Source: a virus. Taken from it: DNA of 40,134 bases. This document shows, piece after piece, positions 38,545 to 40,134 of the stretch; within the stretch, counting starts at the first letter, position 1; each line of letters opens with the position of its first letter. A program made the translations under genes and the position numbers. Below the pieces are notes generated by a model. It made no database searches and had not been told where the DNA came from. It saw only the letters and a program-made list of their open reading frames with translations. Location of the stretch: UHGV virus genome UHGV-0210680, one strand, 5' to 3'.

Positions 38545-38868
38545 ATGAAGATGCCAGAAAAACATGACCTGTTAGCCGCCATTCTCGCGGCAAAGGAACA
38601 AGGCATCGGGGCAATCCTTGCGTTTGCAATGGCGTACCTTCGCGGCAGATATAATGGCGGTGCGTTTACAAAAACAGTAATCGACGCAACGATGTGCGCC
38701 ATTATCGCCTGGTTCATTCGTGACCTTCTCGACTTCGCCGGACTAAGTAGCAATCTCGCTTATATAACGAGCGTGTTCATCGGCTACATCGGTACTGACT
38801 CGATTGGTTCGCTTATCAAACGCTTCGCTGCTAAAAAAGCCGGAGTAGAAGATGGTGGAAATCAATAA
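38545..38868 (+). CDS. S: holin / antiholin S (dual-start motif MKM)
   Basis: 107-aa [65 protein letters not shown]..., matching lambda S107/S105 as recalled. Confidence 0.95.
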   Translation: MKMPEKHDLLAAILAAKEQGIGAILAFAMAYLRGRYNGGAFTKTVIDATMCAIIAWFIRDLLDFAGLSSNLAYITSVFIGYIGTDSIGSLIKRFAAKKAGVEDGGNQ

Positions 38869-39328
38869 TCAACGTAAGGCGTTCCTCGATATGCTGGCGT
38901 GGTCAGAGGGAACTGATAACGGACGTCAAAAAACCAGAAATCATGGTTATGACGTCATTGTTGGCGGAGAGCTATTCACTGATTACTCCGATCACCCTCG
39001 CAAACTTGTCACGCTAAACCCCAAACTCAAATCAACAGCCGCAGGACGTTACCAGCTTCTTTCCCGTTGGTGGGATGCCTACCGCAAGCAGCTTGGCCTG
39101 AAAGACTTCTCTCCGAAAAGTCAGGACGCTGTGGCATTGCAGCAGATTAAGGAGCGTGGCGCTTTGCCGATGATTGATCGCGGTGATATCCGTCAGGCAA
39201 TCGACCGTTGCAGCAATATCTGGGCTTCACTGCCGGGTGCTGGTTATGGCCAGTTCGAGCATAAGGCTGACAGCCTGATTGCAAAATTCAAAGAAGCAGG
39301 CGGAACGGTCAGAGAGGTTGAGGTATGA
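38852..39328 (+). CDS. R: endolysin R (lambda-type lytic transglycosylase)
   Basis: 158-aa [56 protein letters not shown]..., matching lambda R as recalled; overlaps the 3' end of S. Confidence 0.95.
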   Translation: MVEINNQRKAFLDMLAWSEGTDNGRQKTRNHGYDVIVGGELFTDYSDHPRKLVTLNPKLKSTAAGRYQLLSRWWDAYRKQLGLKDFSPKSQDAVALQQIKERGALPMIDRGDIRQAIDRCSNIWASLPGAGYGQFEHKADSLIAKFKEAGGTVREVEV

Positions 39329-39792
39329 GCAGAGTCACCGCGATTATTTCCGCTCTGGTTATCTGCATCATCGTCTGCCTGTCATGGGCTGTTAATCATT
39401 ACCGTGATAACGCCATGGCCTACAAAGAACAGCGAGATAAAAAAGTCAGTGAGCTGAAGCAGGCGACCGCCACCATTACTGACATGCAGCAGCGCCAGCG
39501 TTCTGCTGATGCACTCGATGCTAAATACACGAAGGAGTTAGCTGATGCGAAAGCTGAAAATGATGCTCTTCGGCGCAAGCTTGATAATGGTGGTCGGGTG
39601 TTCGTCAAAGGAAAATGCCCTGTGCCATCCTCAGCCGAAACCTCCAGCGCCTCCGGCATGGGCAATGATGCCACCGTCGAACTCTCTCCAGTTGCTGGAC
39701 GAAACGTTCTCGGTATCCGGGACGGAATTATCCGCGACCAAACAGCACTGAGAACGCTTCAGGAATACATCAGGACGCAATGCCTTCGATGA
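39325..39792 (+). CDS. Rz: spanin inner-membrane subunit Rz
   Basis: 155-aa ORF with an N-terminal TM segment ([23 protein letters not shown]) and a coiled-coil periplasmic domain; lambda Rz-like. Confidence 0.9.
   Translation: MSRVTAIISALVICIIVCLSWAVNHYRDNAMAYKEQRDKKVSELKQATATITDMQQRQRSADALDAKYTKELADAKAENDALRRKLDNGGRVFVKGKCPVPSSAETSSASGMGNDATVELSPVAGRNVLGIRDGIIRDQTALRTLQEYIRTQCLR
39545..39751 (+). CDS. Rz1: spanin outer-membrane lipoprotein Rz1 (embedded in Rz, +1 frame)
   Basis: 68-aa ORF wholly inside Rz in another frame: signal peptide plus lipobox (LIMVVGC) followed by a Pro-rich segment ([11 protein letters not shown]), as in lambda Rz1. Confidence 0.8.
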   Translation: MRKLKMMLFGASLIMVVGCSSKENALCHPQPKPPAPPAWAMMPPSNSLQLLDETFSVSGTELSATKQH

Positions 39793-40134
39793 TAGCGATA
39801 ATTTTACTCATCATCCTTCACATCTGGCTCTGTAGACAGGGTGGTGATCACTTCTGGAGTGAATCCAGATTAAACATCTCATTGCTGATGCTTGATATTG
39901 AGCATCTGGCGCGCGGTAAGGGGCTGCGTTGAGATAAGAGCCGGTTCATTACAAAGCCTATCTACGGGTGGGCTTGATAATGAAACCGGAATTTATTCTG
40001 GGCAACCAGTTACGGGAGTACCGCGAAACAACCCAAGCCAGTAAGTGGGGAAATAACACTGGCAGCCACTGAAAGATGAACCTCCTGCCTTATGGCAAAA
40101 AAGATTCTTTGTGGTGGCGGACTGATGGAAAGAC

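Noticed and set aside
39789-39950. 53-codon hydrophobic ORF overlapping the Rz stop ([19 protein letters not shown]...)
   Set aside because: Possibly a small membrane protein, but it is short, lies in the region expected to hold packaging or regulatory sequence before the terminase block, and I have no supporting signal beyond the ATGA overlap.

Overview
The window reads as a complete, circularly permuted genome of a temperate lambdoid phage of enterobacteria (about 40 kb), running from just upstream of the terminase genes to just past the lysis cassette. It is a mosaic. The virion module (small and large terminase, portal, scaffold, coat, gp4/gp10/gp26 plug and needle, gp14/gp7/gp20/gp16 ejection proteins, tailspike) is P22/Sf6-like. 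The immunity and late-control modules are lambda-like (N, nutL, OL/pL, cI, OR, cro, nutR, NinB/D/E, Q, pR', tR', S/R/Rz/Rz1). Also present are an orphan Mnt repressor, an Sf6-type O-antigen acetyltransferase (oac) with integrase and excisionase, an Erf plus SSB-like recombination module with Arf/Kil/CIII, an O-like initiator with internal iterons, a DnaB-like helicase, and two tRNA-like genes (Asn-GTT, Thr-TGT) between tR' and the holin. The most interesting locus is 29371..30929: exactly where lambda carries rexA-rexB (between the cI stop and a tIMM-like terminator) sits an AT-rich two-gene operon encoding a small nucleotidyltransferase-fold protein and a 310-aa protein of unknown function, a candidate novel abortive-infection or exclusion system. 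All calls come from reading the sequence and from recalled protein families; no database search was run, and start codons are assigned by eye.
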